Assembly (NCBI GenBank): GCA_964057225.1
Contig: CAXKVF010000073.1
Location: forward strand, 496,001 to 560,000
Length of the DNA stretch: 64,000 bases
Direction: 5' to 3'
From: Auanema rhodensis
Taxonomy: Eukaryota > Animalia > Nematoda
This document shows positions 13,001 to 28,864 of the stretch, piece by piece. A program made the position numbers and the translations under genes. Within the stretch, counting starts at the first letter, position 1; each line of letters begins with the position of its first letter. Below the pieces are notes generated by a model. It was not told the DNA's origin and ran no database searches. It worked only from the letters and a program-made list of their open reading frames with translations.

Positions 13001-16000
13001 TATCTTTCACGTGAAGCGAGTTACATACCAAGTGCACATCACGTGTACATTTAATTAGCATAAATTAAAATTCACGTAAATTTCAAAGTCATGGTTACCA
13101 TGAACCAATATCAATGAAAATTTGTTTTTAGACTAATATGGACATGGGGAATCTGATTTTGAAAACCGCATCTCTTTATCTTTCACGTGAAGCGAGTTAC
13201 ATACCAAGTGCACATCACGTGTACATTTAATTAGCATAAATTAAAGTTCACGTAAATTTCAAAGTCATGGTTACCATGAACCAATATCAATGAAAATTTG
13301 TTTTTAGACTAATATGGACATGGGGAATCTGATTTTGAAAACCGCATCTCTTTATCTTTCACGTGAAGCGAGTTACATACGAAGTGCACATCACGTGTAC
13401 ATTTAATTAGCATAAATTAAAGTTCACGTAAATTTCAAAGTCATGGTTACCATGAACCAATATCAATGAAAATTTGTTTTTAGACTAATATGGACATGGG
13501 GAATCTGATTTTGAAAACCGCATCTCTTTATCTTTCACGTGAAGCGAGTTACATACCAAGTGCACATCACGTGTACATTTAATTAGCATAAATTAAAGTT
13601 CACGTAAATTTCAAAGTCATGGTTACCATGCACCAATATCAATAAAAATTTGTTTTTAGACTAATATGGACATGGGGAATCTAATTTTGAAAACCGCATC
13701 TTTTTATCTTTCACGTGAAGCGAGTTACATACCAAGTGCACATCACGTGTACAATTAATTAGCATAAATTAAAGTTCACGTAAATTTCAAAGTCATGGTT
13801 ACCATGCACCAATATCAATAAAAATTTGTTTTTAGACTAATATGGTCATGGGGAATCTAATTTTGAAAACCGCATCTTTTTATCTTTCACGTGAAGCGAG
13901 TTACATACCAAGTGCACATCACGTGTACAATTAATTAGCATAAATTAAAGTTTACGTAAATTTCAAAGTCATGGTTACCATGAACCAATATCAATAAAAA
14001 TTTGTTTCTAGACTAATATGGACATGTGGAATCTAATTTTGAAAACCGCATCTCTTTATCTTTCACGTGAAGCGAGTTACATACCAAGTGCACATCACGT
14101 GTACAATTAATTAGCATAAATTAAAGTTTACGTAAATTTCAAAGTCATGGTTACCATGAACCAATATCAATAAAAATTTGTTTCTAGACTAATATGGACA
14201 TGTGGAATCTAATTTTGAAAACCGCATCTCTTTATCTTTCACGTGAAGCGAGTTACATACCAAGTGCACATCACGTGTACATTTAATTAGCATAAATTAA
14301 AGTTCACGTAAATTTCAAAGTCATGGTTACCATGCACCAATATCAATAAAAATTTGTTTTTAGACTAATATGGACATGGGGAATCTAATTTTGACAACCG
14401 CAACTCTTTATCTTTCACGTGAAGCGAGTTACATACCAAGTGCACATCACGTGTACATTTAATTAGCATAAATTAAAGTTCACGTAAATTTCAAAGTCAT
14501 GGTTACCATGAACCAATATCAATGAAAATTTGTTTTTAGACTAATATGGACATGGGGAATCTGATTTTGAAAACCGCATCTCTTTATCTTTCACGTGAAG
14601 CGAGTTACATACCAAGTGCACATCACGTGTACATTTAATTAGCATAAATTAAAGTTCACGTAAATTTCAAAGTCATGGTTACCATGAACCAATATCAATG
14701 AAAATTTGTTTTTAGACTAATATGGACATGGGGAATCTGATTTTGAAAACCGCATCTCTTTATCTTTCACGTGAAGCGAGTTACATACCAAGTGCACATC
14801 ACGTGTACATTTAATTAGCATAAATTAAAGTTCACGTAAATTTCAAAGTCATGGTTACCATGAACCAATATCAATGAAAATTTGTTTTTAGACTAATATG
14901 GACATGGGGAATCTGATTTTGAAAACCGCATCTCTTTATCTTTCACGTGAAGCGAGTTACATACGAAGTGCACATCACGTGTACATTTAATTAGCATAAA
15001 TTAAAGTTCACGTAAATTTCAAAGTCATGGTTACCATGAACCAATATCAATGAAAATTTGTTTTTAGACTAATATGGACATGGGGAATCTGATTTTGAAA
15101 ACCGCATCTCTTTATCTTTCACGTGAAGCGAGTTACATACCAAGTGCACATCACGTGTACATTTAATTAGCATAAATTAAAGTTCACGTAAATTTCAAAG
15201 TCATGGTTACCATGCACCAATATCAATAAAAATTTGTTTTTAGACTAATATGGACATGGGGAATCTAATTTTGAAAACCGCATCTTTTTATCTTTCACGT
15301 GAAGCGAGTTACATACCAAGTGCACATCACGTGTACAATTAATTAGCATAAATTAAAGTTCACGTAAATTTCAAAGTCATGGTTACCATGCACCAATATC
15401 AATAAAAATTTGTTTTTAGACTAATATGGTCATGGGGAATCTAATTTTGAAAACCGCATCTTTTTATCTTTCACGTGAAGCGAGTTACATACCAAGTGCA
15501 CATCACGTGTACAATTAATTAGCATAAATTAAAGTTTACGTAAATTTCAAAGTCATGGTTACCATGAACCAATATCAATAAAAATTTGTTTCTAGACTAA
15601 TATGGACATGTGGAATCTAATTTTGAAAACCGCATCTCTTTATCTTTCACGTGAAGCGAGTTACATACCAAGTGCACATCACGTGTACATTTAATTAGCA
15701 TAAATTAAAGTTCACGTAAATTTCAAAGTCATGGTTACCATGCACCAATATCAATAAAAATTTGTTTTTAGACTAATATGGACATGGGGAATCTAATTTT
15801 GACAACCGCAACTCTTTATCTTTCACGTGAAGCGAGTTACATACCAAGTGCACATCACGTGTACATTTAATTAGCATAAATTAAAGTTCACGTAAATTTC
15901 AAAGTCATGGTTACCATGCACCAATATCAATAAAAATTTGTTTTTAGACTAATATGGACATGGGGAATCTAATTTTGAAAACCGCATCTTTTTATCTTTC

Positions 16001-17776
16001 ACGTGAAGCGAGTTACATACCAAGTGCACATCACGTGTACAATTAATTAGCATAAATTAAAGTTCACGTAAATTTCAAAGTCATGGTTACCATGCACCAA
16101 TATCAATAAAAATTTGTTTTTAGACTAATATGGACATGGGGAATCTAATTTTGAAAACCGCATCTTTTTATCTTTCACGTGAAGCGAGTTACATACCAAG
16201 TGCACATCACGTGTACAATTAATTAGCATAAATTAAAGTTTACGTAAATTTCAAAGTCATGGTTACCATGAACCAATATCAATAAAAATTTGTTTCTAGA
16301 CTAATATGGACATGTGGAATCTAATTTTGAAAACCGCATCTCTTTATCTTTCACGTGAAGCGAGTTACATACCAAGTGCACATCACGTGTACATTTAATT
16401 AGCATAAATTAAAGTTCACGTAAATTTCAAAGTCATGGTTACCATGCACCAATATCAATAAAAATTTGTTTTTAGACTAATATGGACATGGGGAATCTAA
16501 TTTTGACAACCGCAACTCTTTATCTTTCACGTGAAGCGAGTTACATACCAAGTGCACATCACGTGTACATTTAATTAGCATAAATTAAAGTTCACGTAAA
16601 TTTCAAAGTCATGGTTACCATGAACCAATATCAATGAAAATTTGTTTTTAGACTAATATGGACATGGGGAATCTGATTTTGAAAACCGCATCTCTTTATC
16701 TTTCACGTGAAGCGAGTTACATACCAAGTGCACATCACGTGTACATTTAATTAGCATAAATTAAAGTTCACGTAAATTTCAAAGTCATGGTTACCATGAA
16801 CCAATATCAATGAAAATTTGTTTTTAGACTAATATGGACATGGGGAATCTGATTTTGAAAACCGCATCTCTTTATCTTTCACGTGAAGCGAGTTACATAC
16901 CAAGTGCACATCACGTGTACATTTAATTAGCATAAATTAAAGTTCACGTAAATTTCAAAGTCATGGTTACCATGAACCAATATCAATGAAAATTTGTTTT
17001 TAGACTAATATGGACATGGGGAATCTGATTTTGAAAACCGCATCTCTTTATCTTTCACGTGAAGCGAGTTACATACGAAGTGCACATCACGTGTACATTT
17101 AATTAGCATAAATTAAAGTTCACGTAAATTTCAAAGTCATGGTTACCATGAACCAATATCAATGAAAATTTGTTTTTAGACTAATATGGACATGGGGAAT
17201 CTGATTTTGAAAACCGCATCTCTTTATCTTTCACGTGAAGCGAGTTACATACCAAGTGCACATCACGTGTACATTTAATTAGCATAAATTAAAGTTCACG
17301 TAAATTTCAAAGTCATGGTTACCATGCACCAATATCAATAAAAATTTGTTTTTAGACTAATATGGACATGGGGAATCTAATTTTGAAAACCGCATCTTTT
17401 TATCTTTCACGTGAAGCGAGTTACATACCAAGTGCACATCACGTGTACAATTAATTAGCATAAATTAAAGTTCACGTAAATTTCAAAGTCATGGTTACCA
17501 TGCACCAATATCAATAAAAATTTGTTTTTAGACTAATATGGTCATGGGGAATCTAATTTTGAAAACCGCATCTTTTTATCTTTCACGTGAAGCGAGTTAC
17601 ATACCAAGTGCACATCACGTGTACAATTAATTAGCATAAATTAAAGTTCACGTAAATTTCAAAGTCATGGTTACCATGAACCAATATCAATAAAAATTTG
17701 TTTTTAGACTAATATGGACATGTGGAATCTAATTTTGAAAACCGCATCTCTTTATCTTTCACGTGAAGCGAGTTAC

Positions 17777-20700
17777 ATACCAAGTGCACATCACGTGTAC
17801 ATTTAATTAGCATAAATTAAAGTTCACGTAAATTTCAAAGTCATGGTTACCATGCACCAATATCAATAAAAATTTGTTTTTAGACTAATATGGACATGGG
17901 GAATCTAATTTTGACAACCGCAACTCTTTATCTTTCACGTGAAGCGAGTTACATACCAAGTGCACATCACGTGTACATTTAATTAGCATAAATTAAAGTT
18001 CACGTAAATTTCAAAGTCATGGTTACCATGAACCAATATCAATGAAAATTTGTTTTTAGACTAACATGGACATGGGGAATCTGATTTTGAAAACCGCATC
18101 TCTTTATCTTTCACGTGAAGCGAGTTACATACCAAGTGCACATCACGTGTACATTTAATTAGCATAAATTAAAGTTCACGTAAATTTCAAAGTCATGGTT
18201 ACCATGAACCAATATCAATGAAAATTTGTTTTTAGACTAATATGGACATGGGGAATCTGATTTTGAAAACCGCATCTCTTTATCTTTCACGTGAAGCGAG
18301 TTACATACCAAGTGCACATCACGTGTACATTTAATTAGCATAAATTAAAGTTCACGTAAATTTCAAAGTCATGGTTACCATGCACCAATATCAATAAAAA
18401 TTTGTTTTTAGACTAATATGGACATGGGGAATCTAATTTTGAAAACCGCATCTTTTTATCTTTCACGTGAAGCGAGTTACATACCAAGTGCACATCACGT
18501 GTACAATTAATTAGCATAAATTAAAGTTCACGTAAATTTCAAAGTCATGGTTACCATGAACCAATATCTATAAAAATTTGTTTTTAGACTAATATGGACA
18601 TGTGGAATCTAATTTTGAAAACCGCATCTCTTTATCTTTCACGTGAAGCGAGTTACATACCAAGTGCACATCACGTGTACATTTAATTAGCATAAATTAA
18701 AGTTCACGTAAATTTCAAAGTCATGGTTACCATGCACCAATATCAATAAAAATTTGTTTTTAGACTAATATGGACATGGGGAATCTAATTTTGAAAACCG
18801 CATCTTTTTATCTTTCACGTGAAGCGAGTTACATACCAAGTGCACATCACGTGTACATTTAATTAGCATAAATTAAAGTTCACGTAAATTTCAAAGTCAT
18901 GGTTACCATGAACCAATATCAATAAAAATTTGTTTTTAGACTAATATGGACATGGGGAATCTAATTTTGAAAACCGCATCTTTTTATCTTTCACGTGAAG
19001 CGAGTTACATACCAAGTGCACATCACGTGTACAATTAATTAGCATAAATTAAAGTTCACGTAAATTTCAAAGTCATGGTTACCATGCACCAATATGAATA
19101 AAAATTTGTTTTTAGACTAATATGGACATGGGGAATCTAATTTTGAAAACCGCATCTTTTTATCTTTCACGTGAAGCGAGTTACATACCAAGTGCACATC
19201 ACGTGTACAATTAATTAGCATAAATTAAAGTTTACGTAAATTTCAAAGTCATGGTTACCATGAACCAATATCAATAAAAATTTGTTTCTAGACTAATATG
19301 GACATGTGGAATCTAATTTTGAAAACCGCATCTCTTTATCTTTCACGTGAAGCGAGTTACATACCAAGTGCACATCACGTGTACATTTAATTAGCATAAA
19401 TTAAAGTTCACGTAAATTTCAAAGTCATGGTTACCATGCACCAATATCAATAAAAATTTGTTGTTAGACTAATATGGTCATGGGGAATCTAATTTTGAAA
19501 ACCGCATCTTTTTATCTTTCACGTGAAGCGAGTTACATACCAAGTGCACATCACGTGTACAATTAATTAGCATGAATTAAAGTTCACGTAAATTTCAAAG
19601 TCATGGTTACCATGAACCAATATCAATAAAAATTTGTTTTTAGACTAATATGGACATGGGGAATCAAATTTTGAAAACCGCATCTCTTTATCTTTCACGT
19701 GAAGCGAGTTACATACCAAGTGCACATCACGTGTACATTTAATTAGCATAAATTAAAGTTCACGTAAATTTCAAAGTCATGGTTACCATGCACCAATATC
19801 AATAAAAATTTGTTTTTAGACTAATATGGACATGGGGAATCTAATTTTGAAAACCGCATCTCTTTATCTTTCACGTGAAGCGAGTTACATACCAAGTGCA
19901 CATCACGTGTAAATTTAATTAGCATAAATTAAAGTTCACGTAAATTTCAAAGTCATGGTTATCATGAACCAATATCAATAAAAATTTGTTTTTAGACTAA
20001 TATGGACATGGGGAATCTAATTTTGAAAACCGCATCTCTTTATCTTTCACGTGAAGCGAGTTACATACCAAGTGCACATCACGTGTAAATTTAATTAGCA
20101 TAAATTAAAGTTCACGTAAATTTCAAAGTCATGGTTATCATGAACCAATATCAATAAAAATTTGTTTTTAGACTAATATGGACATGGGGAATCTAATTTT
20201 GAAAACCGCATCTCTTTATCTTTCACGTGAAGCGAGTTACATACCAAGTGCACATCACGTGTACATTTAATTAGCATAAATTAAAGTTCACGTAAATTTC
20301 AAAGTCATGGTTACCATGCACCAATATCAATAAAAATTTGTTTTTAGACTAATATGGACGTGGGGAATCTAATTTTGAAAACCGCATCTCTTTATCTTTC
20401 ACGTGAAGCGAGTTACATACCAAGTGCACATCACGTGTACATTTAATTAGCATAAATTAAAGTTCACGTAAATTTCAAAGTCATGGTTACCATGAACCAA
20501 TATCAATAAAAGTTTGTTTTTAGACTAATATGGACATGGGGAATCAAATTTTGAAAACCGCATCTCTTTATCTTTCACGTGAAGCGAGTTACATACCAAG
20601 TGCACATCACGTGTACATTCAATTAGCATAAGTTGAAGTTCACGTAAATTTCAAAGTCATGGTTACCATGAACCAATATCAATAAAAATTTGTTTTTAGA

Positions 20701-23700
20701 CTAATATGGACATGGGGAATCTAATTTTGAAAACCGCATCTCTTTATCTTTCACGTGAAGCGAGTTACATACCAAGTGCACATCACGTGTACATTTAATT
20801 AGCATAAATTAAAGTTCACGTAAATTTCAAAGTCATGGTTACCATGCACCAATATCAATAAAAATTTGTTTTTAGACTAATATGGACATGGGGAATCTAA
20901 TTTTGAAAACCGCATCTCTTTATCTTTCACGTGAAGCGAGTTACATACCAAGTGCACATCACGTGTACATTTAATTAGCATAAATTAAAGTTCACGTAAA
21001 TTTCAAAGTCATGGTTACCATGCACCAATATCAATAAAAATTTGTTTTTAGACTAATATGGACATGGGGAATCTAATTTTGACAACCGCAACTCTTTATC
21101 TTTCACGTGAAGCGAGTTACATACCAAGTGCACATCACGTGTACATTTAATTAGCATAAATTAAAGTTCACGTAAATTTCAAAGTCATGGTTACCATGAA
21201 CCAATATCAATGAAAATTTGTTTTTAGACTAACATGGACATGGGGAATCTGATTTTGAAAACCGCATCTCTTTATCTTTCACGTGAAGCGAGTTACATAC
21301 CAAGTGCACATCACGTGTACATTTAATTAGCATAAATTAAAGTTCACGTAAATTTCAAAGTCATGGTTACCATGAACCAATATCAATGAAAATTTGTTTT
21401 TAGACTAATATGGACATGGGGAATCTGATTTTGAAAACCGCATCTCTTTATCTTTCACGTGAAGCGAGTTACATACCAAGTGCACATCACGTGTACATTT
21501 AATTAGCATAAATTAAAGTTCACGTAAATTTCAAAGTCATGGTTACCATGCACCAATATCAATAAAAATTTGTTTTTAGACTAATATGGACATGGGGAAT
21601 CTAATTTTGAAAACCGCATCTTTTTATCTTTCACGTGAAGCGAGTTACATACCAAGTGCACATCACGTGTACAATTAATTAGCATAAATTAAAGTTCACG
21701 TAAATTTCAAAGTCATGGTTACCATGAACCAATATCTATAAAAATTTGTTTTTAGACTAATATGGACATGTGGAATCTAATTTTGAAAACCGCATCTCTT
21801 TATCTTTCACGTGAAGCGAGTTACATACCAAGTGCACATCACGTGTACATTTAATTAGCATAAATTAAAGTTCACGTAAATTTCAAAGTCATGGTTACCA
21901 TGCACCAATATCAATAAAAATTTGTTTTTAGACTAATATGGACATGGGGAATCTAATTTTGAAAACCGCATCTTTTTATCTTTCACGTGAAGCGAGTTAC
22001 ATACCAAGTGCACATCACGTGTACATTTAATTAGCATAAATTAAAGTTCACGTAAATTTCAAAGTCATGGTTACCATGAACCAATATCAATAAAAATTTG
22101 TTTTTAGACTAATATGGACATGGGGAATCTAATTTTGAAAACCGCATCTTTTTATCTTTCACGTGAAGCGAGTTACATACCAAGTGCACATCACGTGTAC
22201 AATTAATTAGCATAAATTAAAGTTCACGTAAATTTCAAAGTCATGGTTACCATGCACCAATATGAATAAAAATTTGTTTTTAGACTAATATGGACATGGG
22301 GAATCTAATTTTGAAAACCGCATCTTTTTATCTTTCACGTGAAGCGAGTTACATACCAAGTGCACATCACGTGTACAATTAATTAGCATAAATTAAAGTT
22401 TACGTAAATTTCAAAGTCATGGTTACCATGAACCAATATCAATAAAAATTTGTTTCTAGACTAATATGGACATGTGGAATCTAATTTTGAAAACCGCATC
22501 TCTTTATCTTTCACGTGAAGCGAGTTACATACCAAGTGCACATCACGTGTACATTTAATTAGCATAAATTAAAGTTCACGTAAATTTCAAAGTCATGGTT
22601 ACCATGCACCAATATCAATAAAAATTTGTTGTTAGACTAATATGGTCATGGGGAATCTAATTTTGAAAACCGCATCTTTTTATCTTTCACGTGAAGCGAG
22701 TTACATACCAAGTGCACATCACGTGTACAATTAATTAGCATGAATTAAAGTTCACGTAAATTTCAAAGTCATGGTTACCATGAACCAATATCAATAAAAA
22801 TTTGTTTTTAGACTAATATGGACATGGGGAATCAAATTTTGAAAACCGCATCTCTTTATCTTTCACGTGAAGCGAGTTACATACCAAGTGCACATCACGT
22901 GTACATTTAATTAGCATAAATTAAAGTTCACGTAAATTTCAAAGTCATGGTTACCATGCACCAATATCAATAAAAATTTGTTTTTAGACTAATATGGACA
23001 TGGGGAATCTAATTTTGAAAACCGCATCTCTTTATCTTTCACGTGAAGCGAGTTACATACCAAGTGCACATCACGTGTAAATTTAATTAGCATAAATTAA
23101 AGTTCACGTAAATTTCAAAGTCATGGTTATCATGAACCAATATCAATAAAAATTTGTTTTTAGACTAATATGGACATGGGGAATCTAATTTTGAAAACCG
23201 CATCTCTTTATCTTTCACGTGAAGCGAGTTACATACCAAGTGCACATCACGTGTAAATTTAATTAGCATAAATTAAAGTTCACGTAAATTTCAAAGTCAT
23301 GGTTATCATGAACCAATATCAATAAAAATTTGTTTTTAGACTAATATGGACATGGGGAATCTAATTTTGAAAACCGCATCTCTTTATCTTTCACGTGAAG
23401 CGAGTTACATACCAAGTGCACATCACGTGTACATTTAATTAGCATAAATTAAAGTTCACGTAAATTTCAAAGTCATGGTTACCATGCACCAATATCAATA
23501 AAAATTTGTTTTTAGACTAATATGGACGTGGGGAATCTAATTTTGAAAACCGCATCTCTTTATCTTTCACGTGAAGCGAGTTACATACCAAGTGCACATC
23601 ACGTGTACATTTAATTAGCATAAATTAAAGTTCACGTAAATTTCAAAGTCATGGTTACCATGAACCAATATCAATAAAAGTTTGTTTTTAGACTAATATG

Positions 23701-24112
23701 GACATGGGGAATCAAATTTTGAAAACCGCATCTCTTTATCTTTCACGTGAAGCGAGTTACATACCAAGTGCACATCACGTGTACATTCAATTAGCATAAG
23801 TTGAAGTTCACGTAAATTTCAAAGTCATGGTTACCATGAACCAATATCAATAAAAATTTGTTTTTAGACTAATATGGACATGGGGAATCTAATTTTGAAA
23901 ACCGCATCTCTTTATCTTTCACGTGAAGCGAGTTACATACCAAGTGCACATCACGTGTACATTTAATTAGCATAAATTAAAGTTCACGTAAATTTCAAAG
24001 TCATGGTTACCATGCACCAATATCAATAAAAATTTGTTTTTAGACTAATATGGACATGGGGAATCTAATTTTGAAAACCGCATCTCTTTATCTTTCACGT
24101 GAAGCGAGTTAC
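17777..24112. repeat. 18-mer (3168 bp) tandem duplication
   Basis: 17777-20944 matches 20945-24112, including rare variants (88G, 103G, 120G, 28C+40G+43G) at an exact 3168-bp offset. Confidence 0.88.
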
Positions 24113-24992
24113 ATACCAAGTGCACATCACGTGTAAATTTAATTAGCATAAATTAAAGTTCACGTAAATTTCAAAGTCATGGTTACCATGAACCAATATC
24201 AATAAAAGTTTGTTTTTAGACTAATATGGACATGTGGAATCTAATTTTGAAAACCGCATCTCTTTATCTTTCACGTGAAGCGAGTTACATACCAAGTGCA
24301 CATCACGTGTACATTTAATTAGCATAAATTAAAGTTCACGTAAATTTCAAAGTCATGGTTATCATGAACCAATATCAATAAAAGTTTGTTTTTAGACTAA
24401 TATGGACATGGGGAATCTAATTTTGAAAACCGCATCTCTTTATCTTTCACGTGAAGCGAGTTACATACCAAGTGCACATCACGTGTACATTTAATTAGCA
24501 TAAATTAAAGTTCACGTAAATTTCAAAGTCATGGTTACCATGCACCAATATCAATAAAAATTTGTTTTTAGACTAATATGGACATGGGGAATCTAATTTT
24601 GAAAACCGCATCTCTTTATCTTTCACGTGAAGCGAGTTACATACCAAGTGCACATCACGTGTACATTTAATTAGCATAAATTAAAGTTCACGTAAATTTC
24701 AAAGTCATGGTTACCATGAACCAATATCAATGAAAATTTGTTTTTAGACTAATATGGACATGGGGAATCTGATTTTGAAAACCGCATCTCTTTATCTTTC
24801 ACGTGAAGCGAGTTACATACCAAGTGCACATCACGTGTACATTTAATTAGCATAAATTAAAGTTCACGTAAATTTCAAAGTCATGGTTACCATGCACCAA
24901 TATCAATAAAAATTTGTTTTTAGACTAATATGGACATGGGGAATCTAATTTTGAAAACCGCATCTTGTTATCTTTCACGTGAAGCGAGTTAC

Positions 24993-27104
24993 ATACCAAG
25001 TGCACATCACGTGTACAATTAATTAGCATAAATTAAAGTTCACGTAAATTTCAAAGTCATGGTTACCATGAACCAATATCAATAAAAATTTGTTTTTAGA
25101 CTAATATGGACATGTGGAATCTAATTTTGAAAACCGCATCTCTTTATCTTTCACGTGAAGCGAGTTACATACCAAGTGCACATCACGTGTACATTTAATT
25201 AGCATAAATTAAAGTTCACGTAAATTTCAAAGTCATGGTTACCATGCACCAATATCAATAAAAATTTGTTTTTAGACTAATATGGACATGGGGAATCTAA
25301 TTTTGAAAACCGCATCTCTTTATCTTTCACGTGAAGCGAGTTACATACCAAGTGCACATCACGTGTACATTTAATTAGCATGAATTAAAGTTCACGTAAA
25401 TTTCAAAGTCATGGTTACCATGAACCAATATCAATAAAAATTTGTTTTTAGACTAATATGGACATGGGGAATCTAATTTTGACAACCGCATCTCTTTATC
25501 TTTCACGTGAAGCGAATTACATACCAAGTGCACATCACGTGTAAATTTAATTAGCATAAATTAAAGTTCACGTAAATTTCAAAGTCATGGTTATCATGAA
25601 CCAATATCAATAAAAATTTGTTTTTAGACTAATATGGACATGGGGAATCTGATTTTGAAAACCGCATCTCTTTATCTTTCACGTGAAGCGAGTTACATAC
25701 CAAGTGCACATCACGTGTACATTTAATTAGCATAAATTAAAGTTCACGTAAATTTCAAAGTCATGGTTACCATGCACCAATATCAATAAAAATTTGTTTT
25801 TAGACTAATATGGACATGGGGAATCTAATTTTGACAACCGCAACTCTTTATCTTTCACGTGAAGCGAGTTACATACCAAGTGCACATCACGTGTACATTT
25901 AATTAGCATAAATTAAAGTTCACGTAAATTTCAAAGTCATGGTTACCATGAACCAATATCAATGAAAATTTGTTTTTAGACTAATATGGACATGGGGAAT
26001 CTGATTTTGAAAACCGCATCTCTTTATCTTTCACGTGAAGCGAGTTACATACCAAGTGCACATCACGTGTACAATTAATTAGCATAAATTAAAGTTCACG
26101 TAAATTTCAAAGTCATGGTTACCATGAACCAATATCAATAAAAATTTGTTTTTAGACTAATATGGACATGTGGAATCTAATTTTGAAAACCGCATCTCTT
26201 TATCTTTCACGTGAAGCGAGTTACATACCAAGTGCACATCACGTGTACATTTAATTAGCATAAATTAAAGTTCACGTAAATTTCAAAGTCATGGTTACCA
26301 TGCACCAATATCAATAAAAATTTGTTTTTAGACTAATATGGACATGGGGAATCTAATTTTGAAAACCGCATCTCTTTATCTTTCACGTGAAGCGAGTTAC
26401 ATACCAAGTGCACATCACGTGTACATTTAATTAGCATGAATTAAAGTTCACGTAAATTTCAAAGTCATGGTTACCATGAACCAATATCAATAAAAATTTG
26501 TTTTTAGACTAATATGGACATGGGGAATCTAATTTTGACAACCGCATCTCTTTATCTTTCACGTGAAGCGAATTACATACCAAGTGCACATCACGTGTAA
26601 ATTTAATTAGCATAAATTAAAGTTCACGTAAATTTCAAAGTCATGGTTATCATGAACCAATATCAATAAAAATTTGTTTTTAGACTAATATGGACATGGG
26701 GAATCTGATTTTGAAAACCGCATCTCTTTATCTTTCACGTGAAGCGAGTTACATACCAAGTGCACATCACGTGTACATTTAATTAGCATAAATTAAAGTT
26801 CACGTAAATTTCAAAGTCATGGTTACCATGCACCAATATCAATAAAAATTTGTTTTTAGACTAATATGGACATGGGGAATCTAATTTTGACAACCGCAAC
26901 TCTTTATCTTTCACGTGAAGCGAGTTACATACCAAGTGCACATCACGTGTACATTTAATTAGCATAAATTAAAGTTCACGTAAATTTCAAAGTCATGGTT
27001 ACCATGAACCAATATCAATGAAAATTTGTTTTTAGACTAATATGGACATGGGGAATCTGATTTTGAAAACCGCATCTCTTTATCTTTCACGTGAAGCGAG
27101 TTAC
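24993..27104. repeat. 6-mer (1056 bp) tandem duplication
   Basis: 24993-26048 matches 26049-27104 (G, 79C, 38G+139C+172A, 24A+74T+131G, B, C). Confidence 0.85.
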
Positions 27105-28864
27105 ATACCAAGTGCACATCACGTGTACATTTAATTAGCATAAATTAAAGTTCACGTAAATTTCAAAGTCATGGTTACCATGCACCAATATCAATAAAAA
27201 TTTGTTTTTAGACTAATATGGACATGGGGAATCTAATTTTGAAAACCGCATCTCTTTATCTTTCACGTGAAGCGAGTTACATACCAAGTGCACATCACGT
27301 GTACATTTAATTAGCATAAATTAAAGTTCACGTAAATTTCAAAGTCATGGTTACCATGCACCAATATCAATAAAAATTTGTTTTTAGACTAATATGGACA
27401 TGGGGAATCTAATTTTGAAAACCGCATCTCTTTATCTTTCACGTGAAGCGAGTTACATACCAAGTGCACATCACGTGTAAATTTAATTAGCATAAATTAA
27501 AGTTCACGTAAATTTCAAAGTCATGGTTATCATGAACCAATATCAATAAAAATTTGTTTTTAGACTAATATGGACATGGGGAATCTAATTTTGAAAACCG
27601 CATCTCTTTATCTTTCACGTGAAGCGAGTTACATACCAAGTGCACATCACGTGTAAATTTAATTAGCATAAATTAAAGTTCACGTAAATTTCAAAGTCAT
27701 GGTTATCATGAACCAATATCAATAAAAATTTGTTTTTAGACTAATATGGACATGGGGAATCTAATTTTGAAAACCGCATCTCTTTATCTTTCACGTGAAG
27801 CGAGTTACATACCAAGTGCACATCACGTGTACATTTAATTAGCATAAATTAAAGTTCACGTAAATTTCAAAGTCATGGTTACCATGCACCAATATCAATA
27901 AAAATTTGTTTTTAGACTAATATGGACATGGGGAATCTAATTTTGAAAACCGCATCTCTTTATCTTTCACGTGAAGCGAGTTACATACCAAGTGCACATC
28001 ACGTGTACATTCAATTAGCATAAGTTAAAGTTCACGTAAATTTCAAAGTCATGGTTACCATGCACCAATATCAATAAAAATTTGTTTTTAGACTAATATG
28101 GACATGGGGAATCTAATTTTGAAAACCGCATCTTTTTATCTTTCACGTGAAGCAAGTTACATACCAAGTGCACATCACGTGTACATTTAATTAGCATAAA
28201 TTAAAGTTCACGTAAATTTCAAAGTCATGGTTACCATGAACCAATATCAATAAAAATTTGTTTTTAGACTAATATGGACATGTGGAATCTAATTTTGAAA
28301 ACCGCATCTCTTTATCTTTCACGTGAAGCGAGTTACATACCAAGTGCACATCACGTGTACATTTAATTAGCATAAATTAAAGTTCACGTAAATTTCAAAG
28401 TCATGGTTACCATGCACCAATATCAATAAAAATTTGTTTTTAGACTAATATGGACATGGGGAATCTAATTTTGAAAACCGCATCTCTTTATCTTTGACGT
28501 GAAGCGAGTTACATACCAAGTGCACATCACGTGTACATTTAATTAGCATGAATTAAAGTTCACGTAAATTTCAAAGTCATGGTTACCATGAACCAATATC
28601 AATAAAAATTTGTTTTTAGACTAATATGGACATGGGGAATCTAATTTTGACAACCGCATCTCTTTATCTTTCACGTGAAGCGAATTACATACCAAGTGCA
28701 CATCACGTGTAAATTTAATTAGCATAAATTAAAGTTCACGTAAATTTCAAAGTCATGGTTATCATGAAGCAATATCAATAAAAATTTGTTTTTAGACTAA
28801 TATGGACATGGGGAATCTAATTTTGAAAACCGCATCTCTTTATCTTTCACGTGAAGCGAGTTAC

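Larger units (their letters stand above)
1..19536. repeat. Left satellite domain built from monomer types A-H in nested HORs
   Basis: Types by monomer position: A=26A,49T,104C,123T; B=79C,139C,147A; C=92G,131G (C' adds 5G); D=79C,150T; E=26A,79C,118T,150T; F=26A,79C,150T; G=26A,123T; H=C+113C. The 8-mer A-B-C-C-C-C'-D-E starts at 1937, 4049, 5985, 8097, 12497, 14081 and 16193. Confidence 0.85.
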
